Assembly: GCA_900088475.1 (NCBI GenBank)
Contig: FLMG01003999.1
Coordinates: 79,694 to 143,693, forward strand
From: Hyphochytrium catenoides
Lineage: Eukaryota; Protista; Hyphochytriomycota
Direction: 5' to 3'
DNA length: 64,000 nt
Positions within the stretch are counted from its first letter, which is position 1. Every line of letters starts with the position of its first letter. This document shows, piece after piece, positions 1-14,087 of the stretch. The notes under the pieces are model-generated. The model was not told where the DNA came from and searched no databases. It was given only the letters and a program-made list of their open reading frames with translations. Position numbers and translations under genes: made by a program.

Positions 1-1555
1 TGCTTGGCTAACTCCTCTTATGCCTCTACCCCCTAACATGACCCCGTCTGGCTTTAACCCTTCCGTTGTGGCCCAGAGTTAAGCACATTACAATGCATAC
101 AGATCTTATTGACGCGCACTTCTTCATCTTCTCACACTGGGTACTGGACATTCTAGAAAGCAGAAAGAACATCACCAGCATACAGGTTCATTTTTCTTCA
201 CTGACCTTTCCCTCTACATTCCTGACGCCAACATTCCCATCGCCCGTGTTTAAAACCAAGACGTTACTTCAATAATTACTGCTGAAGGGTACTTTGCCCC
301 GCACCAGTCTCTTAACCTTTTTGTACTACGCCGTAGGCGGATCTGGTACCCCTGCTAGTCAGACGACAGTTTAGGGGATCCGAAGGTTAGAGTCACTATT
401 CTGTTTTCAAACTAGAGAGCGTCTCACCTTGCCTCGTTCACAAGCCTTGCCTCCAGAGATCCTGGAGCGTCTCAAGAGGTCTCAGCATACGGAGATGAAC
501 ATGAGCAGCTCCTCCGTAAGAGTCTCTCCTCTGATGCATGGGTCTTCATCACCACATCAACTATCTCCCCAAATCTGAACTCCATGCCTGGACCCTCTCT
601 CTGTCGATAATCCTTGCGCTTCGGTTCTCTACCAGGAGTACACTATTGTTTTCGGTCTATTCTCTTGCCTGACACCTTCCCCCTCACGTCTCTCAAATAG
701 GGCTCAGAGACTTTTGAAGATGTTGTCAGGTGCTATGCCTATGTCATTCCTCCAGAAGGAGGATATTGCGCCAGAGCTAATACCCTTGCAGCCTACGCAT
801 CCATCAACAGAGAGGTAAGTACATATCCCTACCAGGAAAGAGGCGTCTATGGAGAAGTGAAGTGTGACCGTGGGAAGATGTGACCTGGCTGATATCGAAG
901 TTCTTACTCCTCATTCCGTGTGTTAGATCATCGCAAAGCCAGTCTCCGTCCACACTCCTTGGACACCAATCAAGGGCTTGGACAAGGTGCATAAAGACTC
1001 GCTCATAGCAGAGGGGTTCACAGCAGGCGATAAGGTATGACTATACAGCTCTTTCGTCTCTATTTGTCTCCTTGCGTAGATGAAGGCTTGGCAACTTACG
1101 TGGCTATTCCGTTGGACATTTCACTTAGGTTTCCCTCAAAGGCTGCGTTATTGGTCGCGACTGCAGTATAGGCAATAAGACGAAGCTGAACAACTGCATC
1201 GTGATGGACCACGTCAGGATAGGAGAGAAGTAAGCTTATCGAACTCCCGTGCCTCTGTGCTATGTTCCACGTCCTATGCTTCTATCAAACTAACTCTCCT
1301 TCGCTTTTGCTCGCTTAGCTGTGTGTTGCAAAATAGCATCATCTGCGGTCATGTGGCCATTGAGGACAACGTCAACCTTAACGACTGCCAGGTGGCAGCA
1401 CAAGTCCGGATTTCGGCAGGAAGTAAGCATGGCTCATCCTTCTCGCATTTTGAACAATCACTCATTTTTTAACTCTGCTGTACGACGGCTTTAACTTGTG
1501 GCTTTGTCCCACTTTAGGCAAGCTTAGAAACGACTCCATAGCTGGAAATACATAG
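1..1555 (+). CDS. EIF2B3: Translation initiation factor eIF-2B subunit gamma, 3' part (5' end outside window), multi-exon
   Basis: Spliced exons give HTDLIDAHFFIFSHWVLDIL, ADLVPLLVRRQF and CYAYVIPPEGGYCARANTLAAYASINRE. A left-handed beta-helix follows (GCVIGRDCSIGNKTKLNNCIVMDHVRIGENCVLQNSIICGHVAIEDNVNLNDCQV). Stop TAG at 1553-1555; all introns GT-AG. Confidence 0.9.
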
Positions 1556-1713
1556 ACTTCAGGGCAGCGCAGCTCTACCCTGATGCACCACTCGGATGGC
1601 ATTAAGCACGCCTGCTTTCTAAGCGCAACCTCTTGATTTTGCTGGCTTCCAACTCAGTGTCGGCAAAGGCGCGTTGGGTATAGCGTGCGGGCTAATTCAG
1701 CCTTACCTGCCAT

Positions 1714-4700
1714 CTAACTTTCCCTCGTGTTACTGATTTCGCCATAAATATGGATAACAAACGCTCCCAACTTTCCCTCTAGTCTAAAGCTCGGCCTTCT
1801 GCCTAACCGTAATACCTCAGATCTCTGCCATCTCCTTCCTCCTCCTTATCTTGACCTCTTTTGCCTTTTTCGGCGAATGAGCTTTCATCTTGACCATGTA
1901 TGCTCTCTGGAAGCTCGTCTACTGTAAAGTCTTCGGAGTAAGACTTCCCATCTTCCTCATCTCCTCCTGGTGTACTCAGTAATTCGTTCAAAGAACCCTG
2001 ATCGAAGTCATGATCGTAGATTTCTCTCTCTGTTTCCTTGTCGTCTCTACTTCTTTGCGAACTGCGAACGCTATTCTGTTCTTCTACTTCCTCCGTCTCC
2101 GCAAGGAACGGATGCTCTAAGAGTTGCTTGGTAGTCCAACGCGTGTTGATGTCCCTGTCACAGCAATGTGACAAAAAGTCGTGGCCAAGTGCGGACAATG
2201 TCTCTGAGGAGATAAACATTAAGGGCAGAGCCATCCAGAGGTAGAGCGGTGAGCGGCTGAGGGTGAGAATGCCCTGGGGAACGCTCCCTAGTAGTACCGA
2301 TTTCGCTATACTTCCACAGCGGTAAAAACTCTGTTGTCAGCTCCTGCATCATCCCAAACCCTTCCACTCTAAGCATCTCACTACTGGTAGAAAGATCTAT
2401 CCGTTTCTTCAAAGCTGCGCTCTGGTGGCTATCCTTCCCGTAAATTGTCTTCTCGTCTCATCTCTCTCCTCACTACCCCTACCGTGTAGAAGACCACTCA
2501 CCTGGAAACTTGGGGACCGCTTGCGTGGTAGCCACATGGAACATGAGGGCAAATTGGTTGGAAAACTCACTCCACGGCCTTATTCCGGTCACCATCTCAA
2601 TCACCGTACAGCCAACGCTCCAGATGTCCGATTTCCGGCCGTGCACGCTCTGCTGCAGGACTGAGAATAGAAGGGAGAAGAAAGGCCCAAGAGAGTGTGG
2701 AGGAAGGAGGAGGAGGCCAGCATGAGTCAGAGATTAGACTTGGCAAGGAGCAAGGAATGTCTCCACGCTATGAAGTTCTAGCTGACGAGGAAAATCAACG
2801 CAAAGGAAGTAGACAGGAACCTCGCAAAATTTCCGGGGCGAGCGTGAGTGCAATACCAATCAAGTTTGCAAGATTCACAGACTGAGATTAAGGGTAACGC
2901 TAATGAGGTGATGTAGAGTAACATAGAGTCAAGAGACATGTGACGAAGGATTAGGCTGGGTGTACCTTCTGGCGCCATGTAAGGTATAGTTCCAACAAGC
3001 TCCTTATTCCCTCCATCTACTAGTGAGTTTCCTCCATCGAAACGATGAGAGCAACCGAAGTCAGCCTAGGGACCACGAAGGTGGTTATTATAGAGACCAG
3101 GGATCAAGGTATAAAAGGCAAGTTGCGGTTGCAAAGACCCGGGATGCTTGGCAGGTAGTAGAAGGATAGAGGGTGACAGCTCCGCAACAGAAGCCCAACA
3201 GAGCCAATGAGCCAAAAAGAGCACTGGGTGTAACATTAAGCCATACATACCAGCTTGACTACCCCGCTCTCACTCACGAGAAGGTTGGCTGACTTGATGT
3301 CTCTGGGGGAAGGTTGATCCAAGATGTACGCATTGGGTTATGGGTTTAAAAACAGAAGCGTTGTAAGTGGTATGAAGAGGGAGGAGATGGAAAAGGAGAA
3401 TCCTTTGAGTCAAAGCACATCCCCACTTCATAGCTTAGAGGACTTCAATCACCTACTTTCTCCCCTAGGATCTAGCCAAATCTCTATACCTACCACTTAC
3501 CCGTGTATAATCTTGTGATCGTGGAGGTAGTCCAGGCCTAGCAGGATTTGTCGTGTGAAGCTCTTGATGGCGGGCTCTGAAAAGTGACCAAAGCGGCGAA
3601 GAAGGCTACATTGTTGGATAGGAAGGAAGGTAGTCAGAAACCGTCAGCTGTATCGGTGAAGCGCGAAGTTGGCACCAATGCCGTACTAACGGGACGTAGC
3701 AACAGGAAGCCCTTCACCCTCATGAGCTCCAACCCTTTATTCCTGGCCCTCTGTGCTCTTGCTTTCTTGACCGCTTACCTTGCGATGCTCCCTCCCGGGA
3801 CAAACTCCAAGAATATATAGAGCTTGCCTTCTGGCCTGTCTCTCTTGGTCCCAAGGTAGCGCACGATGTTCTAAAAGTGAGGCACACTATCCTTAGTGAC
3901 AACATGGTGGCCCTTTGTGCACAAGGCCTCAGAAACACAACGTTCTAGGAAGCCAGCGATGGCAGAGCTGTAAATGGACATGAACGAGGAAAGATCGTGA
4001 AGAATGCTTTCAAGCTTGTGGTCCATGAAGTACCGGATGGTCTAAGTCCTTCATGACGTTGATCTCATCCTCCAGGGCCTTTGCCTTAGACTCCACTGGC
4101 CCGCCCTGAAATTGAACATCGTCGATCTTCATTTCTTTCACCGCTATGAGCTCTCCTGTTTCCTAGAAAGAGATTGAAGGTTTATCTCCTGTTTTGTCAC
4201 AATAAGGTACTTCTAATGAAGCCTACTTGGGATAGGACAGGGGGCGAACGAAATCTGCAAAGGTGTACGAGAATGGAAGTGTATGGAGAGAGGATCCGCA
4301 AGGTGCGACCAGCAGAAGCGTCGGCCAACCTGGTTGAAGCCACTATAGACTCTCGAAAAAGCACCCTCGCCCAGAAGCTCTCCTTTGACCCACTTAATAG
4401 GCGTTGAACGATGGGCTGCAGAGTTGGGCATAGGCAAACAAGGAGTCAGGCAACACCAAGCCTGTCCCCAACATAACGTTGCACTCCCAGAGTGTCCCAA
4501 CATAACGTTGCACTCCCAGGTTGTCTACTTTAATAGCTTCGACACACTTAGCCATATCTCTCCGTTGGTGCTAGACCTTCTCGGTCCTACCCTGTCCCCT
4601 TTGAATCCCTTTCTTACTCACGTTTGCCGACAGATTTGGCCTTCTTTTTGACACTCTGGGCACCTGATGAGATGAGCGGGCAGCATTAGTCCTTTAGTAA

Positions 4701-7335
4701 AGGTGACGAAAGCAATAGGGTAAGAAGCCAACGGTTATCAATAGAACACCTGCTTCCGACAACTAGAGAAAACATTCAACGAGCGAAAGACAGCAAGGCA
4801 CCTTCAGCAGGAGATGGTTGAGTTCTGTTCAGACTTAAGAATTTGACGAGGGCTTGCTCTAGGCTCCTTAATTTGTCCTATGGTGCAGTAGGGGCAAGGG
4901 CAGTAATATTGCTAACAGTTAGTGGAAGAATGCCAGAATGCTAAAAGGACAACGATAGACACTGAGAGTAAGCAAGCAGCCTGCAGGTCGGGTGGAAAGG
5001 ATAACGTGACGACAGAAACAACGCAGCCAAAGGGTGAGAAAACGGGTTGAGCGCTTCCTTACCGACTCCACCTGCAGCTCACTAATGCTCTGCTTCTCTT
5101 CATGAAGCTTATCCTGGAGTTCATGCTGCGCCTGCTTCTGAGCTACAACCTAGATCTTTCGTTAGATCACTCGAGATTCCCCAAGCGATAACGTCAACTT
5201 TTGGCTCTTTCCTAACTTCCCTGCTCATTCTAGCCTAAATCCCTCCTTTTCCCTTCTACCCCCTCTTCCTCCCTCGAATGTCGCGTACCTTTGCCTTGGA
5301 CGCCCAGAGGCCATCCTCTTGGTCCTTCTCTATTGTCAGAGCCGAGTTTGTCTTTTCCTCAATTTCTGAACGCTTCTGTGCTTGCTTGGAGATGGATGAG
5401 GATCTCAAGGCAAGCTGCGACCATGCAAGGCACGGTGTAGAGTAAATGGGCAAACAGGGACATACGGAGTGTGAGCTCCTAAACAGCAAAGCTGCAAAGG
5501 AAGAAACAGAGAAGAAGCCACGAGAAGCGAAACGGAGGAGAGTTGCAACTACTGCTCCATGCAGGACCAAGAAAAATCAGATGCTCTGCTTATAAACCTG
5601 GTGCTTCAAGCTCTGGACAACCTCATGAAGGGGCTGAGGTTGGCCAGAGCTGATGCCTTCTCCTCTGTCGTATCTATCCCGAAGCGTTCGAAGCTTCTCC
5701 TCCATAATCACTGCGTTTAGGAGGACGAACAAGGAAAGAGCATCACTACAGGGGGTTGGAAGAGTGCAGAATAAACGAGGCCAAGAAAAGGACCGAAGGA
5801 AAAATGCCAGTTTTTCATCAGACTCTGTAGCTGAGAGAAGAAACAACGTGAGGTAGTACAGAACATACCCGAAGAGAGAGACGAGATGGAAATGGAAGAC
5901 AGGGTTGGGAAAAGAGGAAAAGTTTAGACTGTTGTTTGGAACGAACATTCTATCTTTTGTTCATCCTTTTCTTGCTCTTCTCTTTTGTCAACTTCGGCAC
6001 GGAGACATGCAATTTCTTCCTGAAGCCGTTGAGCAGATAGGTTGCTTTCCTCTTTACGCTGCCAAGCCTCTTTTCTCCTTATCTGGAGCTCGTCTTTAGT
6101 TTGACTTAGCCTGAAGTATAGCGTCAGTCACTCCTCCAGTTCGTCGAGATGGAGTCGTGAAAGGCTCACCCCCTGTCCCGTTCCCTCATCACACGATCTA
6201 TTTGACTGTTCAGGCCCTTCTGACAATGACACCCTATTCTTTATCTCCTATCTAACTCTTCATAGACGTAGCTTTCTCACATTTTCTCCTTCTCTGTCAA
6301 AAAGCGAAGTTCAAGCTCGATCTCCCTTAGCTCAGAACGCTGCTGGCTTGTTGCGAAGCCTACAGCTTCTTCAATGGTTGAGGCGAAGCTATCAAGCTCT
6401 GCCTAATGAGTACGAAAAGCATACCATTGAAGAGATTTCAATTAGTGTAGCCCTTCTCCGGGCAGGAACTTGAGTCTTACCTGTCCGATGAACCCGGCAC
6501 CTGATGCTTTGGCCGGTGGTGCAGGAACGACTTGTTTCTCTAGCTCCAGAGCAGAGTCAAGGGAGAGAGAGTGAGCATTGCGTCCCTCATTTGGTTGTGG
6601 AAATACGCCCGCAAACTCTTCCTCTGTGTGTTCAAGCTCGAGTGTCCTATGCCCTTTTTGAGAATTTGCAGTAGGACTATGCCTCAACAGGTTCAGACGA
6701 GAGACCGAGGGTGCAAGTGATCCAGGTCCAGAGGCTGACCCAGGGTTCCCTGAATTTAGAGGAGGCTTCGCTTGCTTCGAGCTGATTGTATCAGAGATCT
6801 TCCCTGTCCGCACTACACCGCTTTCTACCTCTTCGTCATCCTCCTCAAGCCGAAAGGTGGACTCTCTCTGTTTGTGGCCATGAACGTGCTCAGGAGCTCT
6901 GCGTTTGCTCTCCTTCGCTGTCACGCGGCTAGTAGGACCCACAAAAAAGCTGCCGTGGCTGCTGAGCAGAGGAAAAGCTGGAAGCTGTAGATCCGGTGTC
7001 GGCTCATGCAGGACCTCGAAAGATTGAGAGCGAGGAAAGCTAGAGCCATTAACTCGAGAGGGACGCCGGGCATTGAAATTCTGAGGATCCGCTGACTCCA
7101 GATGCCGACTTGTCCCTGAAACAAATACAACTCTCATTTAGTTGCCGGGATTGAGGTTAGGGAACATAGCGGACAAGAAATGTGAGCGATCCTGGCAGAT
7201 GACCCAGGGAAGATGATCAAAAAAGAGGAGGAAGTAAGAGAGAGGGTAGAAGGGTAGAATACGTGAACGCCAGTGTACAGAACCATTCGGATCCTACTTA
7301 CCGGAGAACCTGGGAGACCTGTTGAAGGTTGCCAT
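1714..7335 (-). CDS. MAP kinase kinase kinase (STE11/MEKK/ANP-like) with N-terminal disordered and coiled-coil region, multi-exon
   Basis: Kinase motifs across exons: WVKGELLGEGAFSRVY, ELIAVKEM, HPNIVRYLG, FLEFVPGGSIAS, IIHGDIKSANLL, KLADFG, GTIPYMAPEV, KSDIWSVGCTVIEM, LLEHPFL. Start ATG 7335 is inferred. The 3' end is 1714 (spliced) or 1803 (unspliced). Confidence 0.9.
4463..4519. repeat. About 30-bp tandem duplication in a MAP3K intron
   Basis: tgtcc(c)caacataacgttgcactcccag occurs twice, starting at 4463 and 4493. Confidence 0.9.
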
Positions 7336-7920
7336 GGCAGAGTCCTTGCTCCGCTGCGGATCTAAGAACTGCTAGCTCATGGTACTACATAGGTACATAT
7401 CGCTGTTTGCCACGATGGGGACACTTTGTCGTATATTAGTCGGCCAAGCTACTAGGAAGCTAGTCCATCTAGTAATTGTCCATCGGGCCTTGACACAAAG
7501 ACCTTGCAGAATATGCCAAAAAGTGTCCCGAGATGATCACTGATCTCGGTAAGTACTCAATAGCTGCAGAGGCACGGACACTAGCCGTCACCTGGAAAGC
7601 GGACGGGGTGATTTATGCACAGTGTAGGGGCCGTTAAGATGGCCAGGTAACAGTTCAGAAAGAGATTGATCAGAGCACCACGCCTGAAATGAAAGGAAGT
7701 AGAGCTGCAAGTGCAAGCCGTGGCCAAGGGTGACAGAGAGGAAAGGCAGGGGACCCGGCGGGGGAGCTTCCACTATCGGGCAAGAACTAAACCCTAGAAC
7801 GAAGAGGAAACGTCAGTATGGAGTCCGAGGGACAATATGGAGGCAAGAAGAGCGGACTAGCAAGAGAGGCAGGACACCATATGCGGGTAAAGGCATAGGG
7901 TCCAATGATAAGAACTCTGT

Positions 7921-8146
7921 GTGCGTAAGAGAGCGAGACCGATAGAGACACACACACAGAGAGAGAGAGAGGGACAGAGAGAGACAGAGAGAGAGATTGA
8001 GTGAGAGGGAGAGAGGGACAGCAAGAGACAAGGAGGAAGGAGAGAGAGCAAGAGAAGAGCAGCAGTGAGCTGATCTGATGATTGAAGGCATGGGTGGACA
8101 GTGAAGATGAGGAGAAGTGAAGGTGAAGGTGAAGGTGAAGGGCAAG
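7921..8146. repeat. (GA)n/(CA)n-rich microsatellite tract plus short (GAAGGT)n array upstream of the MAP3K, probably in a 5'UTR intron
   Basis: Runs such as gacacacacacagagagagagagagggacagaga and gaaggtgaaggtgaaggtgaagg; pyrimidine-rich on the MAP3K sense strand. Confidence 0.8.
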
Positions 8147-8623
8147 GGAAAAAGTGAGTCGTTTCATTGTCCACCCATCATGCCTATACCTGACTGGAAT
8201 GGCCATATCAACTATATAGATGCTCATATTCCAAACGGGCGTATTAGGAACCCGTATGCCACACATTATGAGATGTAATATAGATATCCCTGATTCGGAA
8301 TGTATCTCCCTTCTCCCGTTCTCCTCCTCCTTCTCTGTGGGTGTCCAGGCGGTGGGTGACCACCCAAGAACCGGAGTCGTGAACAACCTTTCATCTGCAG
8401 TGTTCTAGAGGATTCTGATGCCTGGGCACTCTCCCTCTCCGTTCTTGGGCTCCTCCCTGAGTAGCCCGCAGATGAAGCTCCAGACACTTATTCCTAGAGT
8501 CACGAGGTTCGGTTGTGCCTGGTCGGAGCCTATTGGTGGATCTCATAGGAGAGCTCGGTGGCCTCGTCGTACGTCTGTCATTGGCTCTTCCAGCTATTTG
8601 GTATAGTAACCTGCAGAAGAGTC

Positions 8624-10566
<1,943 letters not shown>

Positions 10567-10783
10567 AAGCCTGGACTACACTGGAACAACCAGACACTTT
10601 CTTGTAGTCGTTTACCTCTTTCGAACTGCATCTTTTGGGGCCACAGTCTCTCTTTTTGAACCCAGAAGATTGTGAGTGGATGCAAGGTTCCGTCGCCTCT
10701 TGAAAAGCGCCAATGATAAGCTCTTAAGAAAGTACCATAGTTAACTTCACAAGGTGCTCGTTATGCGTTTGTCTCCTGGTCCT

Positions 10784-12805
10784 TCACTTTGTGCGATACT
10801 CCAGAAAACGTCCCAGCAGCTTTCTTAACAATGGACTCATATTCTCCCCTTCGAACTGTTCGGAGCAACCAGCGGCAATTATGAAGTAAGGCAACTCTGA
10901 AAACAAGGGAGGGCAAGAGGAAACGAATCTTTCATACCTCATAAAAGTACATTATAACGCCCATAGAGAGTGAGAACAACAACGTTTCGCCAAAAGGTAC
11001 CGCGGCAAGAAGTCTTCGATGCCGCAATATCATGTATAGGCTGTCCGCTGCCCGCGGGAGAACGTAAAGGGCAAGCTCTGTAGATTAATGTGGGTCCGAT
11101 AAGGAAGTTGATTGGTGAGATGGTCACTGGCGGTATTCTCACCCGATCGTCTGTCTTTTTTCTCTATGAGAATGGTCCAGCTAGCAATGAAACCGAACAG
11201 GTAGTACATCAACTTATGGTCTTTGTTGGTTAGCACGCGATGAGCGCAGGTAGCAGCCTGATAGGTAGCAACGAAGGACGCCAAAAAGGTAGTTGACTGT
11301 GTGGCATTGGCAACGACCCTGCTCAAAACTTGCAGCGGCCTACAAGGAAGGAACATATGTGAAAGGTAAGGCCGATTCGCAAGATAGTAATGGCAGATCC
11401 CGTAACTACTTACCGACGGGCGAAGGCGTTAAATCTTAGAACTATGGCAGGCGCTATTGACAGTGATAAATAGAAGGGAAAGGTTCGGCAAAACGCGTTT
11501 CTGAAGGTTGTGAGCACCATCTGCAGATGGCTCTCAGTCCACGGGTGCAGGATCTGGCAAGGTACCTGTTCCTCAGAAAAAGAGACTTAGTCATTGGGAC
11601 CCAGATCCACACAAGGCGCACCAGCCGTAGAGTCTCAAGACAGCTCAGCACATACCATATCAGAGGTGAGTGTAGCTGGTAACAGTTGTGGATCACGGCC
11701 GAACTTAGCTACATAGGACTGAAAAAAGCTCATATCGAACGCTTTGCCTATCAAAAGTAGATATTCAATATAAAAGGAGAATAAAGCATTGTTAGACGCA
11801 TGAGCATGGAGAAACGGTGTACAACAAGCATATTAGCTAGTTCAGACGGCTCAAAGGCTTTGGCACTAAGTTGGTAACACAAGAACAAGGGAATATTGGA
11901 TTCATGAGAGGGTCGTACACATCGAGCTGTAAGACGCTGGCGATCTAACCTCGAAGCTTCCGTCGCACATTGCGCAGGACTTCAGGATGGATGGGTCCGG
12001 TACGTACAATGAACTGGTTGTACTCTGAGGGCAGAGTGTTCGGTCTCATCACATAAGCATACATCACCTGAGCTGAGGTGAGAGCAAAGAGAAGCGAATC
12101 GCCATGGGTCCAAGAACTGCCCCAGAAGTGCCACCATCCTCTGGACTTGAAGGCGTTGTACCCGCATTGTAGTGCCCGGGCGAGAAGATACAGGGCCAGA
12201 GTCCGCCGTCTGCCGCCGGAGGTCATTGGTTAGATATATGAGTGGAAGGCCTGTGCATGGAGACTGTTTACCTTCCCTCATCCATGAAGACAATGGCTGT
12301 TCCAGCAAGCGTCCCTGCCAAAAGGTTGTGCCATTTCTCACGCCTCTGCCGCATGAAACGGAACAATGCCATTAACGCTCTATAGCCCCCGGAGAAGCCT
12401 CCCACTAAGAGGCCCAGTGATACAGCATCCACGCGGAACTTCAGGACATCTTCATGTACGATCTTCTTCAGACTTAGCAAGTCACTTGGCCTAGGACACC
12501 AAAGACAAAAAAGTGCTTTGGGATAGGTGATCACTCTCTGAAGCGAACAGCAGAACTAACCTTTTCCTTGCAAGCTTGAAAAGATGAAGACTCACAGCAA
12601 GCAGTCCCCGTAGGTTATAGGCCAGCAAGAAGTTATTGGCACCCAGTGTCAGTGCTGATTTGAGCTCCTGAATGAGCTGCTTTCGTGTCATCAAGAGTCT
12701 ATTGCCATCAACCTCTGAACATGTCTCCTTAGCGATCTCTGATACAGATTGGACTGAGGTTTCGCCACTCCGTGGAGGCCGCTTAGAAGTAGGATCCTGC
12801 TTCAT
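10784..12805 (-). CDS. TMEM135: Transmembrane protein 135 (TMEM135/PMP52-like), multi-exon
   Basis: RRRTLALYLLARALQCGYN, HGDSLLFALTSAQVMYAYVMRP, VPCQILHPW, ILIEKKDRR and C-terminal MSPLLRKLLGRFLEYRTK*. One internal micro-exon is not firmly resolved. Confidence 0.88.
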
Positions 12806-14087
12806 GGTTTGAGCTGCACCAGCGAAGCGGATCCGCTTCTGCTGTTATGCGCCACGCCACGCCTGGTTCTTTTGGAGTGCTTCCTGTTTGAGCTGTATCT
12901 ACACTCGACCACAGATCTAAGCGACCAAGGATGCAGAGTTTAAGTTCCCTCAGCCCTGCTTCCCTGCTGCTTCGCAGCTTAACCAGAATGAGTGAGCTAC
13001 AGGAGGGCGGTGTTGTAAGGCAAGGCTCACTTCCTCTTCTCCATCATCCCTCGTCAACTCAATTCTACACAGTTCAAACAGTAGGATATCGTCTCTCTGT
13101 CTCGCAGGCTGCAATCTTCAACTCCTCCTTTCCGCGGTCACTAACCTAGTTCTTACTGCTGCCATTCAGAGGACCGCGTGCCTTTGGGTCGATGCTCTCC
13201 CACGCTCTCACATCATCACCTTCAACTCTATGACGGCGGCGGTACAATCTCCAGGCCCAGAGCCGCTAACTGCATGCCTTCACGTGGTAACTTCAATAGG
13301 ACGCTGACGCGGCTTGGAGCAGCTCCTTTACATTTCCTCATCCCTCATTATTCAGGCCCCTGCTGCCCTCACGCCCTCATGCATCTGGGTTCGGCTGATG
13401 GATCATCAGTCATCAGTAGGAACTACCTTTACTCAATGAGTAGTAGCGACAAGTGACATCAAGCCGCTCGAGGGAAGTTAATCTTAGGTGTGATGCTACG
13501 GCCCTGCTCGAAGATGAAGTAAAACCCTTCGTGCCAGTCACCCGATGTTATCGGCTAGAGTAGTAGCATTCGCATCGGTATCACTTGCTCTCACCTGGGT
13601 AGCACATCATCCAGCGCTCCGGAGCTGCAGGTCTGCTGGGAAACAGAGCGCAAACGACACTAATCGAAAACTACCCGTGGCGAGAGTGGCCATCGCCTTC
13701 GCATAGGCGTATAGACGCGTCTCCCGTGAGTTACTCTCTGGCCGCTCCTCAGGACAAGCGTTCACTAGAAGAACAGGATTACCTGTCGATACACATCAAT
13801 AATATTTATTCTTATAAGCTTATATAGGTTGGTCTGGAACTCAGTACCTGATGCTAGACACCATGGTATCATCCATACGTATTCTCACTACGCCTCTACA
13901 CCGACCTCTGAACTCCATCGTGGCAACCTCAGGTTAAGTGCCAACGCTCTCACCAACCGAGAGACGTCATCTTATCTTCTTCGCCAGTCCGGTGGGAGGA
14001 GGTGAACTGGACGTGTTGTGCATGCTCTTCTATACCTAATAATATAAATATGCAGGGCCCACCGAACAGAAAGCGGCGCTGGCAGGC

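Noticed and set aside
3930-3950. Decoy acceptor tag|AACGTTGT resembling the true NIVRY exon start
   Set aside because: It does not continue in a kinase frame; probably chance rather than a mutually exclusive exon.
7787-8386. Overlapping 105-199 aa ORFs rich in L/S/H
   Set aside because: Artefacts of the GA/CT microsatellite; no domain signal.
12931-14000. Short ORFs and splice-like signals between TMEM135 and the membrane protein
   Set aside because: No coherent gene model or recognisable motif.
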